Notes: generated from the letters alone by a model not told the origin. A stretch of 64,000 nucleotides of DNA from Gammaproteobacteria bacterium (GCA_026989015.1 JALSKD010000177.1:401-64400); one strand, 5' to 3'. Counted from the first letter of the stretch, positions 1-9,600 are shown. Numbers and translations: made by a program.

Positions 1-440
1 ACACCCTCGGCGAGCAGTTTCTTCAGCTGAGCGTTGTCGATGTTGCTGTATTTGGGTTTCTCGATCGCCATCAGCTCGACTTCGAACTTGAGCGTGGAAT
101 TGGCAGGAATCAGGCCATTGCCGACCGCGCGGCTGCCATAGGCCAGCTGCGGGGGGATGATCAGCTCCCGCTTCTCGCCCACACGCATGCCGGCAACGCC
201 CTGTTCCCAGCCGGGGATCACGCGCCCGGCGCCCAGCTCGAACTGGATCGGCTGGCCTCGCTCGCGGCTGGAATCGAACTGCTTGCCATCCATCAGCCAG
301 CCGGTGTAGTGGACGGATACGGTATCGCCCGGTTGAGCTTCGGGGCCGCTGCCTTCCTTCAGTGTCTTGACCTGCAGACCGGCTGCCTGGGCCAGCCCCA
401 GATACAGCGCCATGATCCAGAACAGAGTGATGCGTCGCAT
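1..440 (-). CDS. Exported FKBP-type peptidyl-prolyl isomerase with C-terminal extension (probable rhodanese domain); runs off the window start
   Basis: Not in the ORF track; hand translation from ATG 440: MRRITLFWIMALYLGLAQA (signal peptide), then VSVHYTGWLMDGKQFDSSRERGQP..GRVIPGWEQGVAGMRVGEKRELIIPPQLAYG..IPANSTLKFEVEL (FKBP motifs), continuing with no stop into YSNIDNAQLKKLLAEG. Confidence 0.9.
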   Translation of the reverse strand, partial: MRRITLFWIMALYLGLAQAAGLQVKTLKEGSGPEAQPGDTVSVHYTGWLMDGKQFDSSRERGQPIQFELGAGRVIPGWEQGVAGMRVGEKRELIIPPQLAYGSRAVGNGLIPANSTLKFEVELMAIEKPKYSNIDNAQLKKLLAEG

Positions 441-616
441 TGTGTATGCCTCTCGGGTTGCAAAGGTCGATGTGACCGCATGCGGCCATGAAAGTTGCGG
501 AGGATAGCCGATTGCGCCGGGGCTCGCCTTGATCTTTTGCCGTGGATCGAGCAGGCCGGCAAAGCGGCCTCGCCTACCACTGAGCCGTGTTTTCCCTTAG
601 AATACCAGCGCTTCAT

Positions 617-703
617 GCCGGGGTGGCGGAACTGGTAGACGCAGCGGATTCAAAATCCGCCGGTGGCGACACCTTGGGGGTTCGAGTCCCCCCCCCGGTA
701 CCA
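617..703 (+). tRNA. tRNA-Leu (anticodon CAA)
   Basis: GCCGGGG/CCCCGGT acceptor stem, anticodon arm GCGGA-TTCAAAA-TCCGC, long variable arm, GGTTCGAGTCC T-arm, encoded CCA. Confidence 0.97.
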
Positions 704-708
704 GTTTT

Positions 709-749
709 GCGGATGGACCGGCCCCGGGGCCGGTTCGCACCGCTTTTTT
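709..749 (+). terminator. Probable intrinsic terminator after tRNA-Leu
   Basis: GC-rich hairpin around GACCGGCCC/GGGCCGGTT followed by TTTTTT. Confidence 0.6.
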
Positions 750-775
750 CAAGCCACGCTTGCCCAGGGATCATC

Positions 776-1402
776 ATGAACAGACTCGCTTCTCTCCTTT
801 GCGCCTTCACCCTCGTCCTCGTCAGCGTCCACGCCGCCGCACAGGCCCCGGGCTACCGTTACCAGCCCTATGCCCAGTACCCCAACTACCAGCAACAATC
901 ACCGGTGGAGCTGCTTCAGATGGCCATCAATGTGCTGCAGGATTACATCAAGACCGGCAAGTTCAACAATCCGGACGAGGTGGTGGCCTTCCTCGACGCC
1001 AATTTCTCGCAGTTTTTCGATTTCGAGCAAATGGCACGCTGGGCCGCCGGCTATCACTATGCGCGCATGAACTCGGCGCAGCGCTATATCTTCCAGACCA
1101 ACCTCAAGCGCCTGTTCTTCGCCGCCTTCGCGCGCATCATCAGCGCCTACGGCGACAAGCAGCCCCGGGTCGAATTCCTGCCGCCACGGCGCATCAGCTA
1201 CAACGAGGTGCTGGTCACCGCGCGCATCACCCCGTCCACCGGCGGTTACCCGGTCCGCGTCGATTTCCGCTTCGCCCAGGGTCCGCTGGGCTGGAAGATC
1301 TATGATGTCGGCACCAACGGCAGCTCCGCGGTGGCCTATTACCGCGCCTACTTCAACAATCTGATCCGTACCCGGGGCTACGGCGCGCTGCTGCAGCAGT
1401 AA
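776..1402 (+). CDS. MlaC/Ttg2D-like periplasmic phospholipid-binding protein
   Basis: Signal peptide (..VHAAAQA); FFDFEQMARWAAG, VRVDFRF, WKIYDV and YYRAYFNNLI motifs typical of MlaC; ATG 776 chosen because the longer ORF runs through the tRNA. Confidence 0.8.
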   Translation: MNRLASLLCAFTLVLVSVHAAAQAPGYRYQPYAQYPNYQQQSPVELLQMAINVLQDYIKTGKFNNPDEVVAFLDANFSQFFDFEQMARWAAGYHYARMNSAQRYIFQTNLKRLFFAAFARIISAYGDKQPRVEFLPPRRISYNEVLVTARITPSTGGYPVRVDFRFAQGPLGWKIYDVGTNGSSAVAYYRAYFNNLIRTRGYGALLQQ

Positions 1403-1420
1403 GCCAAGGATTCCCCGCTC

Positions 1421-2359
1421 ATGGACACTCATCGTCTGCTCGTCAAGCTGAGCACCCGGATCCTGCTGCAATTCCTGCTGGCGCTGGTGCTGGTGGCCGT
1501 TGCCATCGGCATGAACCTGGATTTCCTGCGCGGCTTCTACTTCGAAAACCAGCAGACCCCGACCGGCGTCATCCTCAACAGCGTGATCGTCGGTATCCTG
1601 CTGATCGGCCTGCTCAACCTGCTGTGGCTGCTGCTGCGCTACCGTCGCGAGGAGGCAGCCATTGCCGGCTTCGTCGAAAACATCGAGGCGATCCGCCCCG
1701 ATCCGACCGAGGGGCTGGACCCGCACAGCCTGATCGCCAAGCGTTATGCGACGATGAAATCCATCAGCGCGGTGCACGGCGAGATCAACCACAACGCGCT
1801 GGCAGCGATGCTCACCGCCGACGAGGGCACGCGCCTCGGCCTGGTGCGCTTTATCAACAACATCCTGATTCTCACCGGTGTGTTCGGCACCATCGTCTCG
1901 CTATCGATCGCCCTGCTCGGCGCTTCCGACCTGATTGAATCCGCCGGCACCGGACTCGACGGCATGGGACTGGTGATCCACGGCATGTCCACCGCCCTGT
2001 CCACCACCATCACCGCCATCGTCAGCTATGCGCTGTTCGGCTATTTCTTCCTGCGCCTCAAGGATGTGCAGACTCACCTGATCAGCGGCATCGAACACCT
2101 GACCTCGGTCTACCTGATTCCGCGTTTCGTCAAGCGCAGCGAAGACCTGCTGACCCAGGTCAGTGGCCTGATCAAGGGTGTCATCCGCGCCACCGAGAAG
2201 ATGAACGAAACCCAGGAGACCTACCGCTCCTCCGCCAGCACGCTGCTGCAGATCCTGTCCGGGCACAAGCAGCAGATGGACCGGCTGGCCGGCGACATCG
2301 GCGAGATCAAAGCCATACTGCGCGACGGCTTCCGCCTGCCCGAGCCGCCCGCCGAGTAA
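1421..2359 (+). CDS. MotA/TolQ/ExbB proton-channel family membrane protein
   Basis: Two N-terminal hydrophobic helices, soluble loop, then LILTGVFGTIVSLSIAL and GMSTALSTTITAI helices matching the GxxGT and GxxxAxxTT stator motifs. Confidence 0.85.
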   Translation: MDTHRLLVKLSTRILLQFLLALVLVAVAIGMNLDFLRGFYFENQQTPTGVILNSVIVGILLIGLLNLLWLLLRYRREEAAIAGFVENIEAIRPDPTEGLDPHSLIAKRYATMKSISAVHGEINHNALAAMLTADEGTRLGLVRFINNILILTGVFGTIVSLSIALLGASDLIESAGTGLDGMGLVIHGMSTALSTTITAIVSYALFGYFFLRLKDVQTHLISGIEHLTSVYLIPRFVKRSEDLLTQVSGLIKGVIRATEKMNETQETYRSSASTLLQILSGHKQQMDRLAGDIGEIKAILRDGFRLPEPPAE

Positions 2360-2365
2360 CGCGCG

Positions 2366-3364
2366 ATGAGCGCCTTTCCCAGCCTCGGCCCGCACAGCCT
2401 CGACTCGGACAATGAGGGCGGTTCCTTCTGGCCTTCCTTCACCGACATCATGATGGTGGTGGTGATGATCTTCCTGTTCGCCACCAGCCTGCTGATCGTG
2501 CGCAACTGGAACCTGGTCGCCGAGCTGCAGGCCAGTCTTGAGGCCGAGCGCCTGGCCGAGCAGATGATCCAGAGCACAACCGAGGAAAACGCCACACTGG
2601 AAGAGCGTCTGACCAATGCCGAGCAGCTCAATTCCATTCTCCGGCTGCGCCTGCTGGAAAAGGAAGAGCAACTGAAGCGGGACCAGCAGGAAATCGCCGC
2701 ACGGCAGCTTCGGATTCAGCAACTGGAGGAAGCGCAACAACAGCTGCAGGCGCAGAAGGCGTCCCTCGATCAGCGCATCCGCAGCATCGAACAGGAACTC
2801 GACAGCACACGCAGCGAACTGGTGAGCAGCAAGGACGAGACCCGCAGCCTTGCCGAGCGTCTGGCGCTTCAGGAGCAGCGCCTCGAGCAACAGCAGTTGC
2901 AGGTGAAAACCGCCCGCGAGCAGCTCGAACAGGCCCGGCAGCGCATCGCCAGCCTGAGCGCCCGCAACCAGGAACAACAACAGAAGATCGGTCTGCTGGA
3001 GCAGGAGAAGATCGACTACAACCGCCAGTTGCTGACCCTCAAGGGCGAGTACGAGGTGGTCAAATCCAAGTACGAGGAGCTGATCAAGCCGGCGCGCACC
3101 GCCAAGGGCAAGTATGTGGCCGAGGTCTACTATGTAAAGGGCAAGAAGGGCAAGGTCATCCGTTTCAAGGAACCGGGCGACGCCACCTTCCGCAACCTCA
3201 GCCTGGAACAGGTGGAAGCCCGCCTGGCCGAACTGAAGCAGGAAAAGGGCAAGGACCTGTATGTCAAGATCATCATCCCCAAGGACAGCGGCCTGACCTA
3301 CAACGAAGCCTGGAATTTCATGAAGAACCTGCTCGAGAAATACGACTACTACTATCAGCAGTGA
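2366..3364 (+). CDS. MotB/ExbD-like single-pass partner with long coiled-coil stalk
   Basis: FWPSFTDIMMVVVMIFLF helix with Asp27; ~190 aa of E/Q/L/R-rich heptads; ~90-aa C-terminal domain; starts 6 bp after the MotA-like gene. Confidence 0.75.
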   Translation: MSAFPSLGPHSLDSDNEGGSFWPSFTDIMMVVVMIFLFATSLLIVRNWNLVAELQASLEAERLAEQMIQSTTEENATLEERLTNAEQLNSILRLRLLEKEEQLKRDQQEIAARQLRIQQLEEAQQQLQAQKASLDQRIRSIEQELDSTRSELVSSKDETRSLAERLALQEQRLEQQQLQVKTAREQLEQARQRIASLSARNQEQQQKIGLLEQEKIDYNRQLLTLKGEYEVVKSKYEELIKPARTAKGKYVAEVYYVKGKKGKVIRFKEPGDATFRNLSLEQVEARLAELKQEKGKDLYVKIIIPKDSGLTYNEAWNFMKNLLEKYDYYYQQ

Positions 3365-3372
3365 ATCCGTCC

Positions 3373-3849
3373 ATGGAAAAGATACTGGTCAGCGCCTGCC
3401 TGCTCGGCGCTCCACTGCGTTACGACGGTGCGGACAACCGCTGCGATCACCCCCTGCTCGACCGCTGGTCGCGGCAAGGCCGCCTGATCGACATCTGCCC
3501 GGAAACCGCTGGCGGGCTGCCCACGCCACGCCCGCCCGCCGAGCGGAGGGGCGGTCGCGTCGTGACCGCCCGCGGAGACGACCTCACCGAAGCCTTCTCC
3601 CGCGGCGCTGCCGCCGCCGTGGACCTGTGCCGGACCCACGACATTCGCCTTGCCCTGCTGGCCGCACGCAGCCCCTCCTGCGGCAACCGCATGATCTACG
3701 ACGGCCGGTTCAGCGGCCGCCTGATCCCCGGCGCCGGTGTGACCGCCGAACGGCTGCAGGCCATCGGAGTGCGGGTTTTCGAGCCTGCGCAGATCGATGA
3801 ACTGGCCGCCACACTGAACCGCCTCGAAACGGAGAACGCCCATGCGTAA
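3373..3849 (+). CDS. DUF523/YbbK family Fe-S protein (2-thiouracil desulfidase-like)
   Basis: ILVSACLLG..RYDG, CPE..GGLPTPRPP and ARSPSCG motifs. Confidence 0.88.
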   Translation: MEKILVSACLLGAPLRYDGADNRCDHPLLDRWSRQGRLIDICPETAGGLPTPRPPAERRGGRVVTARGDDLTEAFSRGAAAAVDLCRTHDIRLALLAARSPSCGNRMIYDGRFSGRLIPGAGVTAERLQAIGVRVFEPAQIDELAATLNRLETENAHA

Positions 3850-4453
3850 TGCCTGGCCTGCCCTGCTCGCCCTGCTGTTCGTCGCCCTCTCGATCTGGTC
3901 GGCCATCGAACCCGCCTCGCGGGAAGTCTGGATCGCGGAAGTGATTCCGGTGTTCGCCGCCTTTCTGCTGCTGCTCCTTACCTATCCAAAGTTCCGTTTC
4001 AGCAACACCGCCTACACGCTGATGACCGGCTGGCTGATCCTGCACACCATCGGCGCCCATTACACCTTCGCCAATGTGCCCTTCGACTGGTTCAACCGGC
4101 TGATCGGCTCCGAACGCAACCAGTTCGATCGGGTAGCCCACTACATCATCGGCTTCTATGCCTACCCGATGGCCGAGTTCCTCTACCGCAAGGGCTACAG
4201 CGGCAAATACCTCGCCAGCCTGTTCGGGCTGTTCTTCATCATGAGCGTGGCCGCCGGCTACGAAATCATCGAATGGATCTATGCCGACCTCGAAGGCGGC
4301 GAGGCGGGCATCGAATTCCTCGGCTCCCAGGGCGACATCTGGGACGCCCAAAAGGACATGCTGGCCGACACCCTGGGTGCGGTCACCAGCCTGCTGTTGT
4401 TCCTGTGGATGTACCGGGGGCGTCCGGTACGGCTGTCTACCGGTGAAGCCTGA
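3842..4453 (+). CDS. DUF2238/YjdF family membrane protein
   Basis: LHTIGAHYTFANVP, RNQFDRVAH, YEIIEW, FLGSQGDIWDAQKDMLAD. Confidence 0.9.
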   Translation: MRNAWPALLALLFVALSIWSAIEPASREVWIAEVIPVFAAFLLLLLTYPKFRFSNTAYTLMTGWLILHTIGAHYTFANVPFDWFNRLIGSERNQFDRVAHYIIGFYAYPMAEFLYRKGYSGKYLASLFGLFFIMSVAAGYEIIEWIYADLEGGEAGIEFLGSQGDIWDAQKDMLADTLGAVTSLLLFLWMYRGRPVRLSTGEA

Positions 4454-4949
4454 ACCCCGCGAGCGCCCGCTGATCCGCCCGATGGGCACAGAGGACTTCG
4501 CCACCTTCTGGCCCGTGTTTCGCGCCATCGTGCAGGCGCGCGACAGCTACGCCATCGACCCGGACATCGGTTTCGAGGCGGCCCGCAGCCACTGGCTGGA
4601 ACACCCCCTCGAAACCCGTGCCGCCTTCATCGGCGACCGGCTGGCCGGAAGCTATTACCTGAAAGCGAATTTCGACGGTCCCGCCGATCACATCGGCAAC
4701 TGCGGCTTCATGGTCGATCCGCGGTTTCGCGGGCGCGGTATCGCCCATGCAATGGCCGAGGAGGCGCTGGTCCGGGCCCGCCAAGCCGGTTTCTCGGCCC
4801 TGCAATTCAACCTGGTGCTCGCCAGCAACGCTCCGGCGCTGCACCTGTGGCGCAGCCTCGGTTTTGCCGAAATCGGCCGCATTCCGGATGCCTACCGCCA
4901 CCGTGATCTGGATCAGGTGGATGCCCTCGTCATGTACCGGCGGCTGTGA
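4443..4949 (+). CDS. GNAT family N-acetyltransferase
   Basis: FMVDPRFRGRGIA acetyl-CoA motif, QFNLVLASNAPALHLWRSLGF; start uncertain (GTG 4443 or ATG 4482). Confidence 0.85.
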   Translation: MKPEPRERPLIRPMGTEDFATFWPVFRAIVQARDSYAIDPDIGFEAARSHWLEHPLETRAAFIGDRLAGSYYLKANFDGPADHIGNCGFMVDPRFRGRGIAHAMAEEALVRARQAGFSALQFNLVLASNAPALHLWRSLGFAEIGRIPDAYRHRDLDQVDALVMYRRL

Positions 4950-4986
4950 GAAGATCATCCTGATCCGAACCCCGGAGATCCCAACG

Positions 4987-5439
4987 ATGGAACTGGCGCT
5001 GATTCACCCGATGCTGGTGCATTTCCCGCTGGCGCTGATGCCGCTTGTGGTTTTGCTGCAGGTCTGGGGATTGATCCGAGGCGAGGCCCTGTTCGGCCGG
5101 AACTGCCTGGCGCGCAGCCTGCTGTGGCTGACGGCCGTGGCCGGACTGTCGGCAATCGCCGCTGCCCTGTTCGGCGACACGGCGCTGGACATCGCCGTCG
5201 AACGCGGTTTCCCTCCCGACACGCTCGAAGACCACCAGTCCCTGGGCCAGACCAGCGCGCTGCTGATGGCCGCACTGGCCGTCATCCATGCCCTGCTCTA
5301 CCTGCGGCAGACGGATTCGCGGGGCGGCCCTGGCCTGAGCCTGCTCATCATCAGCAGCGCGGTCCTCATCATCCTGCTGACGACGGCTTTCTATGGCGGC
5401 AACTTGGTTTATGTGCTCGGGGTCAATGTCGCCGGCTGA
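4987..5439 (+). CDS. DUF2231 family membrane protein
   Basis: HPMLVHFPLAL N-terminal motif, four hydrophobic helices, C-terminal YGGNLVYVLGVNV. Confidence 0.85.
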   Translation: MELALIHPMLVHFPLALMPLVVLLQVWGLIRGEALFGRNCLARSLLWLTAVAGLSAIAAALFGDTALDIAVERGFPPDTLEDHQSLGQTSALLMAALAVIHALLYLRQTDSRGGPGLSLLIISSAVLIILLTTAFYGGNLVYVLGVNVAG

Positions 5440-6137
5440 CAGCGTCGACATCCATTACAGCCGGCTCGGCCCTGTTCGACCAAGTCCCGCAAGCGCCGCC
5501 CCGGGCAGTCTTCGAATACCTCTTCGAGCACCGTCATCCGTTCAATGCGGTCGATGCGAAAATTGCGCAGGGCCTGTCGCAGTTCGCACCAGGCTCCCAG
5601 CGTCCATACCTGCCCCCAGAAGAACAGCCCCAGGGGCCACAGCACCCGCTCGCTGATGCGTTCTTCCAAACTGAGGTAACGTATGGAGAGCTTGTGGCGG
5701 CGATCCACGGCCTGACGCACTTCGGCGAGGCGCAACGCCGTTTGCGGATCCAGCCGCTGCATGGGCGAATACAGTTGGGTGGCATCCAGATCTGCGCGTT
5801 GCGCTTCCGGCACGGCACTGTGGATCTTGCTCAGCGCCGACTGGGCCGCCGTCGCCAGGGCCGGATCACTCCAGCTGTCGACGATGCGCGCACCCAGTGC
5901 CAGGGCCGCCAACTCCTCACGGTCGAACATCAGTGGCGGCAAGTCATAGCCTTTGCGGATCACATAACCGACCCCGGCCTCACCTTCTATGGGCACGGCA
6001 CTGGCCATCAGGTCCTGAATGTCACGATAGATGGTGCGTTTGGAGACTTCGAGGCGTTCCGCCAGCCAGGCCGCCGTGGTCACACGCCGACCGCGCAGGA
6101 ACTGAACGATCCTGAACAGCCGGTCGGCGCGCCGCAT
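5409..6137 (-). CDS. YafY-family HTH-WYL transcriptional regulator
   Basis: MRRADRLFRIVQFL..LAERLEVSKRTIYRDI HTH, GEAGVGY, LPPLMF, WTLGAWCELRQALRNFRIDRI WYL domain. Confidence 0.93.
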   Translation of the reverse strand: MRRADRLFRIVQFLRGRRVTTAAWLAERLEVSKRTIYRDIQDLMASAVPIEGEAGVGYVIRKGYDLPPLMFDREELAALALGARIVDSWSDPALATAAQSALSKIHSAVPEAQRADLDATQLYSPMQRLDPQTALRLAEVRQAVDRRHKLSIRYLSLEERISERVLWPLGLFFWGQVWTLGAWCELRQALRNFRIDRIERMTVLEEVFEDCPGRRLRDLVEQGRAGCNGCRRCQPATLTPST

Positions 6138-6143
6138 CGTCTG

Positions 6144-6530
6144 TCAATCCCCGCCGCTGAGGGTGATCATGGAGATCACCGCGCCCTGGGGATCCCTGAT
6201 CACGCAGAAGCGCCCGATATCGGGAATATCCCTCGGTGCCATCAGAACCTTGCCGCCCAGTTCCTCTGCAAGCTTGGCGCGGGCATCGACATCATCCACC
6301 GCCACATAGGCACCCCAGCAGGGTGGCATGCCAGCGGCTTCGGCCGGCATCCCCATAACGCCTCCCTGTCCCTGTTCTCCACAGCGAATCACCGCGTAGG
6401 GCTCCTTACCGGGCATGTCCTGATAGGACCAGCCGAACATTCGGCCATAGAAAGCCTGGGCAGCGGCAGGGTCGGTGGTCATCAGTTCGTTCCAGCAGAA
6501 ACTGCCGTGTCCGGGGGTGCGTGTGCTCAT
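6144..6530 (-). CDS. VOC/glyoxalase family protein
   Basis: FCWNELMTTDPAAAQAFYGRMFGW..YVAVDDVD..GRFCVIRDPQGA. Confidence 0.92.
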   Translation of the reverse strand: MSTRTPGHGSFCWNELMTTDPAAAQAFYGRMFGWSYQDMPGKEPYAVIRCGEQGQGGVMGMPAEAAGMPPCWGAYVAVDDVDARAKLAEELGGKVLMAPRDIPDIGRFCVIRDPQGAVISMITLSGGD

Positions 6531-6559
6531 CTCTGTTCTCCGTTGTGGTGTGAGTCTCC

Positions 6560-6596
6560 ACTGTAACACCCCCCTGCTGACAGCCTGCTGTCAGCA
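6560..6596 (-). promoter_or_regulatory. Palindromic operator and -10 box upstream of the VOC-WYL operon
   Basis: Perfect inverted repeat TGCTGACAGC-CT-GCTGTCAGCA (6575-6596); TACAGT on the minus strand at 6565-6560. Confidence 0.65.
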
Positions 6597-6652
6597 ACCT
6601 CGAGCACGAAAGCCGCCTGAATGAAGTTGGCTGTCAGCCACAGCTTGGGCAC

Positions 6653-9600
6653 TCATTCATCCCCGCTGCCCAGCAACCGGGCGTTGCCGCCGATGGCGGC
6701 GGTGTTGACGGTTACCGTCCGCTCGGTGGCGAAGCGCGGCAGGTAGTGCGGCCCTCCCGCCTTGGGCCCGGTTCCGGACAGGCCTTCGCCACCGAAAGGT
6801 TGCACGCCGACCATGGCGCCAATCATGCTGCGGTTGATGTACAGGTTGCCCACACGGGCGCGGGCCTGCACCCGCCGCCAGGTGGATTCGATGCGGCTGT
6901 GCACTCCAAGGGTGAGCCCGTAACCGGTGGCATTGAGCGTGTCGATCACCCTGTCCAGATCCTTCCCCCGGTAACGGATCACATGCAGGATCGGCCCGAA
7001 ATGCTCGCGTTCGAGCAGGGCCATGTCCTCCAGTTCGAAGGCATGGGGCGCCACGAACACCCCGCCGTCGGTTGTCGCAGGCAAGGTGCAGGCATGGATC
7101 AGCCGCGCCTCGCGATGCAGACGCTCGATGTGCGCCAGCAGGTCATCGCGCGCCGCATCGTCGATCACCGGTCCGACATCGGTACGCAGCAGTGCCGGAT
7201 CACCGATGACCAGCCGCTGCATGGCACCCGCCAGCATCTCGATGACCCGGTCGGCAATCTCCTGCTGCAGGTACAGCACCCGCAACGCCGAACAGCGTTG
7301 TCCGCTGGAGCCAAACGCCGAGGTGAGGACATCCCTCACCACCTGTTCGGGCAGGGCCGAACTGTCCACCAGCATCGCGTTCTGGCCGCCGGTTTCGGCG
7401 ATCAGCACGGCGATGGGGCCTTGCCGCGCCGCCAGTGTGCGGTTGATGGACGCGGCGGTTTCGGTGGAGCCGGTAAACACCACACCGGCCACCTTCGGGT
7501 GAGCGCAGAGCTGGCTACCCAGGGTTTCGCCGCGCCCCGGCAACAGCTGCAACACGGTCTCCGGGACACCCGCTTCAATGAAGCATTCGGTAGCCAACCG
7601 GGCGATACCTACCGTCTGTTCGGCAGGCTTGGCAATGACGCTGTTGCCGGCCACCAGAGCGGCCGCCACCTGACCGCTGAAAATGGCCAGCGGAAAGTTC
7701 CAGGGGCTGATGCAGACGAAGACCCCCCGGCCGTGGTGGAACAGCCGATTGCGCTCGCCGGTGGGCCCGGGCAGGTCCAGCGGCGACAGGGCACGCCGCG
7801 CCTCGGCCGCGTAGTAGCGACAGAAATCCGCTGCCTCGCGGACCTCGGCCAGGGCATCGGGCAGGGTTTTGCCGGCTTCCTCGACACACAGGCGCATGAA
7901 ATGCTCCCGCTTGAGTTCGATCAGATCGGCGGCGCGCTCCAGGCATTCGGCCCGCTGTTCCAGCCTGCACGCATCCCACCCCGGCTGGGCGGCATGGGAC
8001 TGCTCAACCGCCGCATCGACGCTGGCCGCGTCCGGCTCGATCCAGTGGCCGAGCTGCCTGCGCCGTTGCGGACAGCGTATCGGCCAGCGGGCAGCCGCTT
8101 TCCAGGAAACGGCCATCAGCGGCGTGACTTCCGCAGGCAGGCAGGGGCTGGCCTGCAGTCCCTCCGCCAGCGTTTTCTGCAGGCTGAAGTCGGCCAGAAA
8201 CAGACCCCGCGAATTGCGCCGTTGCGGCAGAAACAGCTCGGGCGGTTTGGGTATCGCCGGATTGGCGACCGTTTTCAGGGCGCGCAGCCGTCGCAGCGGA
8301 TCACCCACCACCGCCTCCGGTGGCTGCTGTTCATCGAGTATGCGGTTGACGAAGGAGGTGTTGGCACCGTTTTCCAGCAACCGCCGCACCAGGTAGGGCA
8401 GCAGATCTTGGTGGCTGCCCACCGGCGCATAGACCCGGCAGCGCAGGTCAGCGCCAGCCTCCTCGCTCACCACCCGGTAGAGCTGGGCACCCATGCCGTG
8501 CAGGCGCTGGAATTCGAAGCCCTGCAAGTCGCCGGCCCAGGCCAATACGGCGGCGATGCCGTGGGCATTGTGGGTGGCCAGTTGCGGATAGAAACACTCG
8601 CGGCGATCGAGCAGAAAACGCGCACCCGCCAGCCAGGAGACATCGCTGTTGATCTTTCGGGTGAACACCGGGTAGTCATCGAGTCCCCGCTCCTGGGCCA
8701 GCTTGATTTCGGTATCCCAGTAAGCGCCCTTGACCAGCCGCACCGGGATACGCCGCCGATGCGTCCGTGCCCGTTCTTCCAGCCATTCGAGCACCGCCAT
8801 CGAGCGTTTCTGATAGGCCTGAACGGCCAGCCCCAGTCCGTCCCATCCGCGCAGCCGCCGGTCCTCCAGCAAGCGGTCGAACAGCAGCAGGCTGATTTCC
8901 AGGCGATCCGCCTCTTCCGCATCCAGGGTCAGGCCGATACCGGCTTCACGGGCTGCCAGAGCCAGTTCGCTCAGCCGTGGCAGCAACTCTTCCAGCAGGA
9001 CTCCGATCTGGGCGGGTTCGTAGCGCGGGTGCAAGGCCGATAGCTTGATCGAGATGCCGTGCCGACGCATCGGGTCGTGTTCGCCGGGGCGGTCAGCCGC
9101 CAACGCATCGATGGCCTGCAGGTAGGCCTGATGATAGCGTTCGGCATCGGCATCGGTCAGCGCGGCCTCGCCGAGCATGTCGAAGGAACAGAGGGCGCTG
9201 TCCTGTTCCGGCTCACGCGCACGCTTCAGCGCATCGTCGATGCCGCGCCCCATGACGAATTGACGCGCCATGATCTTCATCGCCTGGCGCAGGGCGAGCT
9301 GGATGACCGGTTCGCCGCTGCGCCGGACCAGCTGCCCAAACCAGCTCCGCCAGCCCTGCTCGCGTTCGGGATCGATGTCGATGATGCGGCCGGTGAGCAT
9401 CAGCCCCCAGGTGGAAGCATTGACGAACAGCGAATCGCTGTGGCCCAGGTGCCGTTCCCAGCGGGCCTGGGCGATCTTGTCCTCGATCAGTCGTTCCGCG
9501 GTCTCCTCGTCGGGAATGCGCAGCAAGGCCTCGGCGATGCACATCAGCAGCACACCCTCTTCCGAGGACAGGTCGTATTCGTGCATGAAGGCGTCGATGG

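Noticed and set aside
587-775. 63-aa N-terminal extension of ORF 587..1402
   Set aside because: It is a translation of the tRNA-Leu gene and its terminator; the signal peptide starts at ATG 776.
1421-3364. Zorya anti-phage ZorAB or flagellar MotAB
   Set aside because: The A subunit lacks ZorA's long cytoplasmic tail, the B subunit has no OmpA-like domain, and no zorC/D/E or flagellar genes are adjacent.
6746-9043. Long antisense or alternate-frame ORFs (also 29575..31662, 36599..38647, 43088..44911, 45368..47038, 51813..53504, 54572..56353)
   Set aside because: Shadow ORFs of well-supported genes, expected in GC-rich DNA with strong codon bias; no recognisable motifs.
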